DNA from: Lytechinus pictus
Lineage: Eukaryota
Length of the DNA stretch: 64,000 nt
NCBI RefSeq assembly: GCF_037042905.1
Contig: NC_087250.1
Span: forward strand, 24,244,001-24,308,000
Direction: 5' to 3'
Numbering within the stretch: the first letter of the stretch is position 1; each line of letters begins with the position of its first letter. Positions 36,870-48,970 of the stretch are shown piece by piece. The position numbers were made by a program, and so were the translations under genes. A model generated the notes under the pieces. That model worked only from the letters and a program-made list of their open reading frames with translations. It was not told the DNA's origin and did no database searches.

Positions 36870-39800
36870 CAGGGTGTTTCCAAAAAAAAAGGTAACCAAA
36901 CTTCAAAGGTCAGCTAAATAAAAAATAATTATTCTTGTAATTGCTATTCTACATAATAAAGTAACTCATCAACCTTAATTTGACACCTTCTTTGTGTCAT
37001 ATCTATCACGGTCACAAAGTTATGGTCTATCGAAGGCAAAAGTCACAAAACCCACTTTTTCCAAGTTTTGGGTTTTACTGTACGTGCACGAAACCCACCT
37101 TGTAAGGTCTTTGTTTTATGAGGCGCCGAATGTACCAATATTATATAGAACAATTATTTGTTATATAATCATTATTTATTAAATAATAACTATTATTTAT
37201 ATATAATTTACATTTTATTTGTAAATAACTACTATTATATAAAATATCATTTCTAATTATTTATATATAATTCCAAGTAATACTTCATTATTTGTAAATA
37301 ATAATAGTTCGACATTCCATTATTTATAAATAATGATTATTTGTTTTTCATTATTTATAAATAATGATTATTTGTTTTTCATTATTTATAAATAATGATT
37401 ATTTGTTTTTCATTATTTACAAATAATGATTATTTGTTTTTCATTATTTATAAATAATGATTATTTGTTTTTCATTTTTTATAAATAATGATTATTTGTT
37501 TTTCATTATTTACAAATAATGATTATTTGTTTTTCATTATTTATAAATAATGATTATTTGTTTTTCATTATTCATAAATAATGATTATTTGTTTTTCATT
37601 ATTTATAAATAATGATTATTTGTTTTTCATTATTTATAAATAATGATTATTTGTTTTTATATTATTTATAAATAATGACACTACATACTTCATTATTTAT
37701 AAATAATGACACTACATACTTCATTATCTATAAACAATTGCAATTCGTTTTTCCGTTATTTATAAATAAGTTTTCTATTATTTATAGATAATAATTATTT
37801 ATTATCAATGCCAGTGCACATTTCTTTATTTATAAATAATTTGTTGAGTTTTCCATTATTTATAAATAATGATTATTTGTTAAATAATGAAAACGTCTAC
37901 TTCATTATTTATAAATAATTTTTTCGAGTGCACCATTATTCTCATTATTTATAAATAATCATTATTTAATGTTCGAGTTTTCCATTACTTATAAATAAAG
38001 ATTATTTGTTAAATAATGAAATATCTACTTCATTATTTATAAATAATAATTTAGTTTCAATATCCCATTATTTATAAATAATCATTATTTATAAACAATT
38101 TTTACAGTTTGCCATTATATACAAATAATCATTATTTATATACAAATAACCATTATTTATTAAATAATGCCATTATTTATTAAATAATGCCATTATTTAT
38201 TAAATAATGGAAAACTCGCTATAACATGCAAATGTGGGACCGCCCATGATATGAATATTCATGATGCGATTTCCTTTTTCGTGATTTTTCTTCACAAATT
38301 TTTGTCCATTTCCTCTTCATAATGACATTTCTTGAAGCAATTTTCTAGGGATATGGTCTGATTGTAATATTCTTCATTTTCTATATAACTTCGTCTTCGT
38401 AGAAATATCAAAAAGTGTAATTGTATACGATTTTTCCAACAGTTCACAATCCCCATAGGCGCGCGTGTATCGTAGGGACAACCGGTGAATCGACGGAGTG
38501 CTCTTCATCGAAATACTACGTTGGTTGGAATTTAGCCCGAATCCTCGATGGAAGTCGATCAAGTGCATATGAGCTGAGAGAGTGAAATATTGTACTTGTA
38601 CAGGCCCTTCTACTTTTTATAAATATTTCTTGTTGCTTTTTTTGTTAAGTTAATTTTTCCTGGTGTAGAGATAAGTTTCAGTTCTAATAATGCACTTCAA
38701 ATACATTTTGGAGTGTCTGTTTGAGGCGTTTGGGGCGATTTCACCCTGGCCCCAAAATGCTCGCAACGACAATACGGGGGCATGATGACCCCTAATTTTT
38801 TAAAAACTTATTTTTCTATTGAAAATTATCACAAAATTAACCAAAAGTGTGCACGAAAGCCTTCGTATTTCACTTTTAAAACTCCCAAAATTGCCCAAAT
38901 GACAAGCTTGGTCGCTTCGCTGTGTCGCTTTCAACCTGAGAACGTTTACGCGTCTGCTTCCCCCCCCCCCCTCCTCCGAAAGAAATTCTGTATACGGCCA
39001 TGCTCTAAAAGAGCCTGGCACATTGATTTATGTATACTTTCATTTTCATTATTTTTATCTCATTATCAACATGGCCTTACGCAGAATTTTTTCCAAGGGG
39101 GCCGGGGCCGGAGCATGACGCGCGTAAACTTTCTCAAAAAAATCTTGAAAGCGAGACAGCCACGGGACCAAGCCCAAATGACAAGCTTGGTCGCTTCGCT
39201 GTCTCGCTTTCAACTTGAGAACGTTTACGCGCGTCTGCCCCCACCCCCCGAAAGAAATTCTGTGAACGGCCATGCTCAAAAGAGCATATGGCACATTGAT
39301 TTATATGTACTTTTCATTTTTATTATTTTTTTCACATTATCATCATGGCCTTACACAGAATTTTTACCGGGGAGGGGGGGGGGGGGGAGCAGCTAGGACG
39401 CGCGTAAAGTTTCTCAAAAAAATCTTGAAAGCGAGACAGCGACGCGACCAAGCTCAAATGACAAGCTTGGTCGCTTCGCTTTTTCAAGATTTTTATGAGA
39501 AAGTTTACGCGCGTCCTGCTCCCCCCACCCCCCCCCCCCGGAAAAAAATTCTGCGTAAGGCCATGATGATAATGAGATAAAAATAATGAAAATGAAGTAT
39601 ACATTAATCAATGTGCCAGGCTCTTTAGAGCATGGCCGTATACAGACTTTCTTTCGGAGGAGGGGGGGGGGGGGAAGCAGACGCGTAAACTTTCTCAAGT
39701 TGAAAGCGACACAGCGAAGCGACCAAGCTTGTCATTTGGGCACTTTTTGGAGTTTTAAAAGTGAAATACGAAGGCTTTCGTGCACACTTTTGGTGAATTT

Positions 39801-42091
39801 TGTGATAATTTTCAATAGAAAAATAAGTTTTTTAAAAATTAGGGGTCATCATGCCCCCGTATTGTCGTTGCGAGCATTTTGGGGCCAGGGTGAAATCGCC
39901 CCAAACGCCTCAAACAGACACTCCAAAATGTATTTGAAGTGCATTATTAGAACTGAAACTTATCTCTACACCAGGAAAAATTAACTTAACAAAAAAAGCA
40001 ACAAGAAATATTTATAAAAAGTAGAAGGGCCTGTACAAGTACACTGATATTTCACTCTCTCAGCTCATATGCACTTGATCGACTTCCATCGAGGATTCGG
40101 GCTAAATTCCGCCCGCCACTTCCGGGGACCAACCAACGTAGTATTTCGATGAAGAGCACTCCGTCGATTCACCGGTTGTCCCTACGATACACGCGCGCCT
40201 ATGGGGATTGTGAACTGTAGGAAAAATCGTATACAATTACACTTTTTGATATTTCTACGAAGACGAAGTTATATAGAAAATGAAGAATATTACAATCAGA
40301 CCATATCCCTAGAAAATTGCTTCAAGAAATGTCATTATGAAGAGGAAATGGACAAAAATTTGTGAAGAAAAATCACGAAAAAGGAAATCGCATCATGAAT
40401 ATTCATATCATGGGCGGTCCCACATTTGCATGTTATAGCGAGTTTTCCATTATTTAATAAATAATGGCATTATTTAATAAATAATGGTTATTTGTATATA
40501 AATAATGATTATTTGTATATAATGGCAAACTGTAAAAATTGTTTATAAATAATGATCATTTATAAATAATGGGATATTGAAACTAAATTATAATTTATAA
40601 ATAATGAAGTAGATATTTCGTTATTTAACAAATAATCTTTATTTATAAATAATGGAAAACTCGAACATTAAATAATGATTATTTATAAATAAATGAGAAT
40701 AATGGTGCACTCGAAAAAATTATTTATAAATAATGAAGTAGACGTTTTCATTATTTAACAAATAATCATTATTTATAAATAATGGAAAACTCAACAAATT
40801 ATTTATAAATAAATAAATGTGCACTGGCATTGATAATAAATAATTATTATTTTTGAATAATAGAAAACTAAATAAATAAACTAATAAATAACGGAAAAAC
40901 GAATTGCAATTATTTATAAATAATGAAGTATGTAGTGTCATTATTTATAAATAATGAAGTAGGTAGTGTCATTATTTATAAATAATATAAAAACAAATCA
41001 TTATTTATAAATAATGAAAAACAAATAATCATTATTTATAAATAATGAAAAACAAATAATCATTATTTATAAATAATGAAAAACAAATAATCATTATTTG
41101 TAAATAATGAAAAACAAATAATCATTATTTATAAATAATGAAAAACAAATAATCATTATTTATAAATAATGAAAAACAAATAATCATTATTTGTAAATAA
41201 TGAAAAACAAATAATCATTATTTATAAATAATGAAAAACAAATAATCATTATTTATAAATAATGAAAAACAAATAATCATTATTTATAAATAATGGAATG
41301 TCGAACTATTATTATTTACAAATAATGAAGTATTACTTGGAATTATATATAAATAATTAGAAATGATATTTTATATAATAGTAGTTATTTACAAATAAAA
41401 TGTAAATTATATATAAATAATAGTTATTATTTAATAAATAATGATTATATAACAAATAATTGTTCTATATAATATTGGTACATTCGGCGCCTCATATGTT
41501 TCATCAGATTTCCCTTTCGATTTTCAGTGAAATACAATCCCCTTTGTTAACATTTTTGTGTGAGTTTCTGGCATTTACATATGAACTGTCTATCTTTAAT
41601 CTCTGATGAACACGTCGTTCACCATTAACTTTTGCACAGATACTCTTGAACATTTTGACAGTACCTCATAGTCGATGCTGCATATCTAGCATTGCTTTTC
41701 TATAAAACCATTACAGGATTGTGACTAAAAACATGTATTTTATGCTAAACAAGTGCCTGCAAATCAGGATGTGCTGGACCAAAATTAAAGCTAGACACCA
41801 GTTTTGTAACATTTATTCGCAAAATGTTTTAAGGGTAACATTTCACTGAAATTTGCTGTGAAAATCTCTGTTGAAACCAAAACCAAAACCCCAAACTTGG
41901 AAAAAGTGGGTTTTGTACCTTTTGCCTTCGATGGACCATAACTTTATGACTCGTGACAATAATTTGTGACCCAAATAAGGTGTCAGATGAGTTACTCAAA
42001 TATATAGAATAGAAATCCCAAGAATAAATCATGCATTCTTGATATACCTGACTTCTGAATTTCGGTTACCTTTTAAAAAAAATACACCCTG
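36870..42091. mobile_element. Tc1/mariner-like MITE interrupted by the foldback element
   Basis: TA-CAGGGTGT...ACACCCTG-TA with ~200-bp imperfect inverted ends. Confidence 0.7.
37119..41494. mobile_element. 4.4-kb foldback element with ~2-kb inverted arms
   Basis: 37119-~39150 is the reverse complement of ~39481-41494; TA on both sides; 31-bp tandem arrays in both arms. Confidence 0.9.
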
Positions 42092-42300
42092 TATGTTAGT
42101 GCTCGGTTTATTGATAAAATCAGCTTGCGCTATGCGCTTGCATATTTTTTTGTGAAACTGTAACATATTCTACCAATATTAATTCTCACAAATAGTCCGT
42201 AAAATGTCCCGTTTCAGGTCATCAATTAAGAAAAGTCATCTCTCGCTTTGCGCTGGTATTATTTATGTAGTTCTAAGGAATCTTATAAGACAGTACTTAA

Positions 42301-42826
42301 AGGGGAAAGAAACCTTTGGATCACGTAGGCTTGTGACGGAACAGAAAAATCAAAGAATAAGAACAAAGAAAGTTTGAGAAAAATCAGACAAATAATGAGA
42401 AACTTATGAGCATTTGAATATTGCAATCACTAATGCTATGGAGATCCTCCCATTGTCAATGCAACAAGGATGTGTGATGTCACATGTGGACAACTTTCCC
42501 TTTGATGGACTATAAAATACCCCCCAAATGTCTATTTTTGCTTTTTCTTATGGTGGTACAAACTCTTTATCCATAATGTGTTCTTTAATAATCTGTACTA
42601 CATGCCCTCATATAGAAAGAACACATGATCAACTGATATATGTGTGACATCACACATCTTTGTTGCATTGCCAATTTGAGGATCTCCATAGCATTAGTGA
42701 TCGCTATATTCAAATGCTCATAACTTTCGCATTATTTGTCCGATTTTTCTCAAACTTTCGTTGACCTGTTTCTTTGATTTTTCTGTTTTCACACAAGCTA
42801 TCTTGTTCAAAAGGTTTCATTCTCCT
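42301..42826. mobile_element. Kolobok-like MITE related to 67-650
   Basis: TTAA flanks, right TIR GTTTCATTCTCCT, shared subterminal sequence. Confidence 0.75.
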
Positions 42827-43072
42827 TTAAACTTGAATCTCTATAGGACTCGCTCGAGCAGCCGTTCGAAGAAAAATGTGACTAGTTTTTCAGTCCTTTC
42901 TCTTATTGGACAAATCTGGTTCCGCCCCTGACTACATTTATGTTGTACAAAAAGATTTGAGATATCCATTTCATCTCAAAGTCAAGATTACCAGTCGTGT
43001 CTTAATGCAACATGCGAGCAGATGTGTGAAATGACCCCTTCATTATACTTTTAAATGTTTTTTTAAATGCAG

Positions 43073-43139
43073 TTTAATCAACGTTATCAGGCCGGGGTCA
43101 GTGAAACAAATCAACTCCTCTAAGATGGCTTTTAAACAG
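43073..43139 (+). CDS. Myophilin/transgelin-like gene, exon 3
   Basis: (H)LINVIRPGSVKQINSSKMAFKQ; tgcAG acceptor, GTAAG donor; phases match exons 2 and 4. Confidence 0.93.
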
Positions 43140-43534
43140 GTAAGTACGTTATTTTGTTACTAATACTTGAGTATTCGAGTTATCCCAAGTGTCTAATCGG
43201 GATCCGCCGATTATTCGAACAGTGTAAATTTTGCTAATCGATTACCGATCGGCGGCAAGCCATCTGAACCATTCGATCAATCGGTGTTTACTCCCAGGCC
43301 TATTATTTACAAATAATGTGCACAGTATAATAATAATTTTGTGGTTAATAGCAATTTCGTGACATCAAATTCATTTGGTGTCTTTGCTGTATTCTAAATG
43401 AAGATAAAATTGTTCTCAGAATACCAATTCGGAGAGATTTTAAAGGTATTTTATCTCACTGATTTTAACGGAGATAAACTATTTTATTTTACCTGAGATA
43501 AAATGGATATCAGAATACCATAGGGTTAGGGTTA

Positions 43535-43712
43535 GGCGTTGTGGCGTGCGCCTGTCATCCAAGCTGTGGGGAAGTTACAAATTGATGCAGAGGTTCGAAG
43601 TTCGAGCCCTGGTCACATCTTTCAGATGGTTACGTTAAAGGTCGGTCCCAGACGTAAATAATCATATCTGATTGATACACGTCTGACAAAACTCAAATAC
43701 ACACACACACAC
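43535..43712 (+). mobile_element. SINE with a 7SL/Alu-domain-like head and (CA)n tail
   Basis: GGCGTTGTGGCGTGCGCCTGTCATCCAAGCT resembles the 7SL 5' end; B-box-like GTTCGAGCCC; (CA)n tail. Confidence 0.6.
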
Positions 43713-43938
43713 CACCCCAGGTGCTAAAATGGTTGAGTTTGCATTGTTACATCACACCTTTCATGACCAGAAGGAAATAAACGCTTTTTTGTTGAAGCAA
43801 GGTGACAGGAACATGCCGTCTGTTAGTGTAAAAGGAAAACATTGAATTGTATTCACTTACCTGTTTGGAGTTTTACTAAAATGAGTTTTACTAAAATCTG
43901 AAGAAGAAAAAACTTTGCGAGGCCTTAAGTCACCGGGG

Positions 43939-45343
43939 GTACTTCGATTTGGGTTAAACGGGGATGTGCGGCTGGAGGCTCAAAACCCATACCTTTATTA
44001 TTTAAAAGTCATTTTGGCAAAAAGGGTACCCATAGTTAGGGAGTTTCATCTAAAAAGTGGCGATTCATCCAACAGATATCTTTCATTTTTCCTTTAAAAA
44101 ACGCGTTTTGTTTTCGCTTTCCCCGTACGTATTGTGTTTTTGACTCGCAGTAACCTCGCCTTTTAGAAAGTCTTAATTTAGCCTAAGTTGCGATCATCCG
44201 TGTGATTCTTTGTTCAGAAGTATGTTCCTGCAAACGCTGTTCTGGTTCCTGGTCGTGTTAATTATCACATTATAAAGTTTAAAGTGCATAAAATGAGTTT
44301 TGTTTCTATTTAAAGACAATTTGTTGCATTTGAACCAAGTAGACAGTTTACATAATTCATCATTTAAAGTAGATACTACAATTTCAAGTTTTGGGTGAGA
44401 ATAAAAAATATTGGTATCATCTGCAAATAGGATAAAAGATAATAAGGGGGAAGTTTTCGATATATCATTGACGTATAATAGGAAAATTAGCGGCCCCAAA
44501 ATTGACCCCTGCGGCACACCACATTCAACAGTTTTAAAGGTTGAATCTATTTCATTAAATGTAACATATTGTTGTCTATATTTGATAAATAATATTGTTT
44601 GTTTGTTTGTTTTATTTCCGTATATAAAACAACAGATACAAAGTACTTCGATTTGGGTTGAACGGGGATGTGCGGCTGGAGGCTCAAAACCCATACCTTT
44701 ATTATTTAAAAGTCATTTTGGCAAAAAGGGTACCCATAGTTAGGGAGTTTCATCTAAAAAGTGGCGATTCATCCAACAGATATCTTTCAATTTCCATTAA
44801 AAAACGCGTTTTGTTTTCGCTTTCCCCGTACGTGTTGTGTTTTTGACTCGCAGTAACCTCGCCTTTTAGAAAGTCTTAATTTAGCCTAAGTTGCGATCAT
44901 CCGTGTGATTCTTTGTTCAGAAGTATGTTCCTGCAAACGCTGTTCTGGTTCCTGGTCGTGTTAATTATCACATTATAAAGTTTAAAGTGCATAAAATGAG
45001 TTTTGTTTCTATTTAAAGACAATTTGTTGCATTTGAACCAAGTAGACAGTTTGCATAATTCATCATTTAAAGTAGATACTACAATTTCAAGTTTTGGGTG
45101 AGAATAAAAAATATTGGTATCATCTGCAAATAGGATAAAAGATAATAAGGGGGAAGTTTTCGATATATCATTGACGTATAATAGGAAAATTAGCAGCCCC
45201 AAAATTGACCCCTGCGGCACACCACATTCAACAGTTTTAAAGGTTGAATCTATTTCATTAAATGTAACATATTGTTGTCTATTTGATAAATAATCTTGTT
45301 TGTTTGTTTTATTTCCGTATATAAAACAACAGATACAAAGTAC
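43939..45343. repeat. ~700-bp tandem duplication containing a minus-strand CR1/L2-type RT fragment
   Basis: Copies 43939-44646 and 44643-45343 with GTAC microhomology; GVPQGSILGPLIFLLYVND...FADDT in each (one P>L). Confidence 0.9.
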
Positions 45344-45369
45344 ATAAAATACATATAACATGAGATGAT

Positions 45370-46696
45370 GAGGTCAATGTTAAGATACAATAATAAAAGG
45401 TGAGAAATAAAATAAATTATACGGCTGATAGTCCATATTCAGCTGCAATAATGCATTGCTGCTGGTCTTCCATGGAGCCAGTTTACTTGAAAAAGGGATA
45501 TGATTACCATAAAGTAAAGGAAGTTGACCATCAGATATAGAAGTGAAATCATTAAAAACAAAGAAAAATCATATAACCTACACCTACCCCCCTCCCCCTC
45601 CCCCGGTGCAAATCAGTGATTTAACTTTATTTAGTACAGATATATTTCAAAAATGTATTTTAAAGGAATTGAAAGTGGTGACATTACGCACGCACATAGG
45701 AATTCTGTTTAATTCAGAGGCAGCTCGGTGAGAGAAAGATCTTTTTTTACTATTTGTTCTAGGTCTGGGTAAACATACATTATTTGAATTTCTAAGAGGG
45801 TAAGGAGTAGCTTTTGTATGAAACACATTTTTAATATATTCAGTGGACATGTTGTTACTAATCTTATACATGAATAATATTAAGTGAGTATACTGTCTCT
45901 TTTGAATAGTGTCCCAACCCAGAATAGAATGAATTTGAGAGGTTGAAGTGTGTGAACAGGTGGTCAATTTTCAAAATTATTCTTCCAGCTCTATTTTGAA
46001 TTTTTTGAAGTTGGTCAAGTAAAGATTTGTTTGCAGATTGATAGATAATGTCACCATAATCAAAATGAGGTAAAATTATTGAGTTATATATTAACTTTAA
46101 TTCTTTAGCCGTGCAATATAACCATTCATTCTCGCCAGTTTTTTTACATAAATAATTTACGCGATAGTCCCACTTCATGTTTTCATCCACAAAGACACCT
46201 AGATACTTAAAGCTATTCACTTGAGTCAGTAAATGACAGTCAATTTTTAGTTGTAAATGCTGTGATCTTTTAAGCATTTTAGGTGTTCCAATCTACATGC
46301 TTATAGTTTTATCATAGTTTATTTTCAAATTATTCCTGTTCATACAGGCAGATAGACTTTCCAGTTCCGTATTAAGGACGAGTTCGATAACTCTAATATC
46401 GTTATGTGAGAAATATACTGCGACGTCAGCATGAAGGTGTACGGTGCACTCTTTAAATACAGAAAATTATATCATCAATAAATGAAAAGAACAATAAGGG
46501 TCCAAGGAGAGATCCCTGGGGTACTCCCTTAAATGACACTTTCTTCTGATAAAATTCCATTAATGGATGTACGTATTCTTCTATTAGTCAAATAACTTTT
46601 GAACCAATGCAATTCATCACCAGATATACCAGTATTTTTAAGTTTGGATAAGAGAATTGCATGATCGACCAGGTCGAAAGCCTTTTGAAGGTATAT
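45370..46696 (-). pseudogene. Degenerate CR1/L2-group LINE 3' portion, continuing at ~48970-49035
   Basis: LQKAFDLVDHAILLSKL, FKYLGV, YNSIILPHFDYGD, LPRPRTN motifs; split by the L2 insertion. Confidence 0.8.
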
Positions 46697-48802
46697 CATG
46701 ATTACGATATATTGCACAAACCTCGTCCGACCAGTTCTGGTGGAGGCATCTGCATCATCCACCGTTCAACGGTCAAAGTGAGTCTTCAAGACTACAGCAA
46801 CTTTCAGTCATTCGAGTTGATGGACTTCACCATTCGTACTAATGGTGCATCGGTGTTTCGTGTCTTTGCCATCTACAGACCACCTCCATCATCAAAGAAC
46901 AAACTAAGTTTTTCTTTGTTCTTGAAGGAATTTTCGTCACTTATGGAATCTGTAGCAATAGTTGACAACATTCCACTTTTAGTTGGTGACTTCAACATAC
47001 ATGTAGATGACCGCAACGATAAAGATGCTACCACTTTCCTCAATACATTGGATGAGGCTGGTTTTCAGCAGCATGTTATGTATTCCACACATAGAGCGGG
47101 GCATACGCTAGATCTGCTGATAACCAGAAGGGTCGACGAAGTGGTCCCTGCGATTGATTCCATTAGGGGTCTTCCTTCTGATCATGACTGTATATGGTGC
47201 ACTATTAACTTGGAACGCCCGCCCGCCACCAAGAAGCTTGTCACTTGCAGGAAGTTTCGTGATATCAATATGGACTTATTTAAGTCAGACATTCTGACAT
47301 CTTCTCTTACATCTTCGCTCTCATCGTGTTCTTCTGAAGCAGTTCTACAGTACAATTGTGTGCTGAAGGAACTGTTGGATAAGCACGCACAAATTCAATC
47401 ATCTGTTGTGTCCTTAAGACCACGGGCTCCTTGGTACAACGACTCCATTCGACAGGCTAAGCGAGTTAAACGCCGTGCAGAGAGAAAGATGATGAAATCA
47501 GGCCTAGAGATCCACAGGCAGATATACCAACAACTCTGCAAGACCTACAATGACGCACTTACAGAGTCAAAATCACAGTTTCTGTCAGCTGAAGTTGTAG
47601 AGTGTGACACAAAACAACTTTTCAAGTTCGTCCAAAAGCTGTCTTCCCCCGAGCGAGCTTCTGTGCTCCCCGATCGAGATTCAGATGAGTCACTAGCACA
47701 TGACTTTGGTGAGTTCTTCGAGAGGAAAATTCATAAAATTATTGAAGGATTTGACCAAGTTCCATGTCAATTAGGGGAAATTCCTGGATGTGATAGTGAG
47801 TTTTCCTCGTTTGAGCCGGTATCTGAAAACCAGGTTAGAAAAGTGATCGGTGCCATGACTTCCAAATATTGCCAGCTGGATCCTCTTCCAACATGGTTGG
47901 TTAAAGGGTGTTTGGGTGAATTGGTACCAGTTATCACATCCATCGTAAACGGCTCGCTGTCTTCTGGGAGTGTTCCTGACAGCTTTAAGGTCGCTCAAGT
48001 AGTTCCCCTGCTGAAGAAACGTGGTTTGGATCCTAATGATCTTCGGAACTATAGACCTGTGTCCAACCAAATGTTTCTTGCAAAAGTTCTTGAAAGAGTT
48101 GCGAGCTTCCAGTTGAAAGCGTATCTAGAAAATAACTGCTTGTTTCCCATAATGCAGTCGGCCTATCGTTCGTTCCACTCAGCGGAAACAGCGCTCGTGA
48201 AAGTAATGAACGATCTCTTACTGGCTGTTGACAAGGGTAATGAGGCGATATTGGTTCTACTAGATTACAGTGCTGCCTTTGATACCATTGACCATGGAAA
48301 TTTGATCTCCATCCTTGAATGTAGATATGGTATCAATGGTGTTGCTCAACAGTGGCTGGTTTCCTACTTAGAAAATCGGAGACAGAGGGTCAAAGTTAAC
48401 AACGCTATCTCAAAGACTTTTCCTCTCTCACAGGGAATCCCTCAGGGCTCCGTCATTGGTCCTTTGGCGTTTGCATTGTACACCGGTCCTCTATCGCAGG
48501 TCATTAGCGCACATGAAGGAATCAAGCACAAAACCCAACATGGTCAAGCCCCTTCTTGTATTACCGACCTTCTCTCATCCAGGATCCCGACAACCTCCAT
48601 TCGACTCCGATCTTCCACACATCTTCATCTGCAACTGGCCCAAGGACCCAGAGCTCGGACAAGGTATGGGAACCGAGCATTTAGTGTTGTTGCTCCAAAG
48701 CTTTGGAATGACCTTCCCATAGAATTGAGGGATGCCCCGTCATTCGAATCATTCAAAGCTTCTCTCAAAACTTACCTTTACAATTCTTCCTTTAAGTTTT
48801 AA
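46661..48802 (+). CDS. L2-clade LINE ORF2 remnant: partial AP endonuclease plus RT with an in-frame internal deletion
   Basis: IYRPP, VGDFNIH, TH.AGHTLDL, SDHD, NYRPVS, QSAYR.FHSAETAL, LDYSAAFDTID, PQGSVIGP; YADD is missing. Confidence 0.85.
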   Translation: MIDQVESLLKVYHDYDILHKPRPTSSGGGICIIHRSTVKVSLQDYSNFQSFELMDFTIRTNGASVFRVFAIYRPPPSSKNKLSFSLFLKEFSSLMESVAIVDNIPLLVGDFNIHVDDRNDKDATTFLNTLDEAGFQQHVMYSTHRAGHTLDLLITRRVDEVVPAIDSIRGLPSDHDCIWCTINLERPPATKKLVTCRKFRDINMDLFKSDILTSSLTSSLSSCSSEAVLQYNCVLKELLDKHAQIQSSVVSLRPRAPWYNDSIRQAKRVKRRAERKMMKSGLEIHRQIYQQLCKTYNDALTESKSQFLSAEVVECDTKQLFKFVQKLSSPERASVLPDRDSDESLAHDFGEFFERKIHKIIEGFDQVPCQLGEIPGCDSEFSSFEPVSENQVRKVIGAMTSKYCQLDPLPTWLVKGCLGELVPVITSIVNGSLSSGSVPDSFKVAQVVPLLKKRGLDPNDLRNYRPVSNQMFLAKVLERVASFQLKAYLENNCLFPIMQSAYRSFHSAETALVKVMNDLLLAVDKGNEAILVLLDYSAAFDTIDHGNLISILECRYGINGVAQQWLVSYLENRRQRVKVNNAISKTFPLSQGIPQGSVIGPLAFALYTGPLSQVISAHEGIKHKTQHGQAPSCITDLLSSRIPTTSIRLRSSTHLHLQLAQGPRARTRYGNRAFSVVAPKLWNDLPIELRDAPSFESFKASLKTYLYNSSFKF

Positions 48803-48970
48803 GTTAATTTTGTCAATATCAAACGATTATTCCTAATTTATTTCTTGTTTGTTTATGTGTGTTATACTGTTCAATGTTATTGATGTATGCTATTTAATCG
48901 TTTTGTAAAGCGCTTAGAAACACCATGTATTAAGCGCTATATAAATACAATGTATTATTATTATTATTAT
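46696..48970 (+). mobile_element. 5'-truncated L2 LINE with typical 3' tail
   Basis: Tail tgtaaagcgcttaga...aagcgctatataaata (TAT)n; inserted within the IFIYLQKAFD motif of an older LINE. Confidence 0.85.

Noticed and set aside
38782..39984. 204-aa and neighbouring ORFs at the foldback centre as a transposase
   Set aside because: Made of repeated ~280-bp units with homopolymer runs; no DDE or other domain motif.
43521..43536. (TTAGGG)n interstitial telomere
   Set aside because: Only about 2.5 units; too short to interpret.
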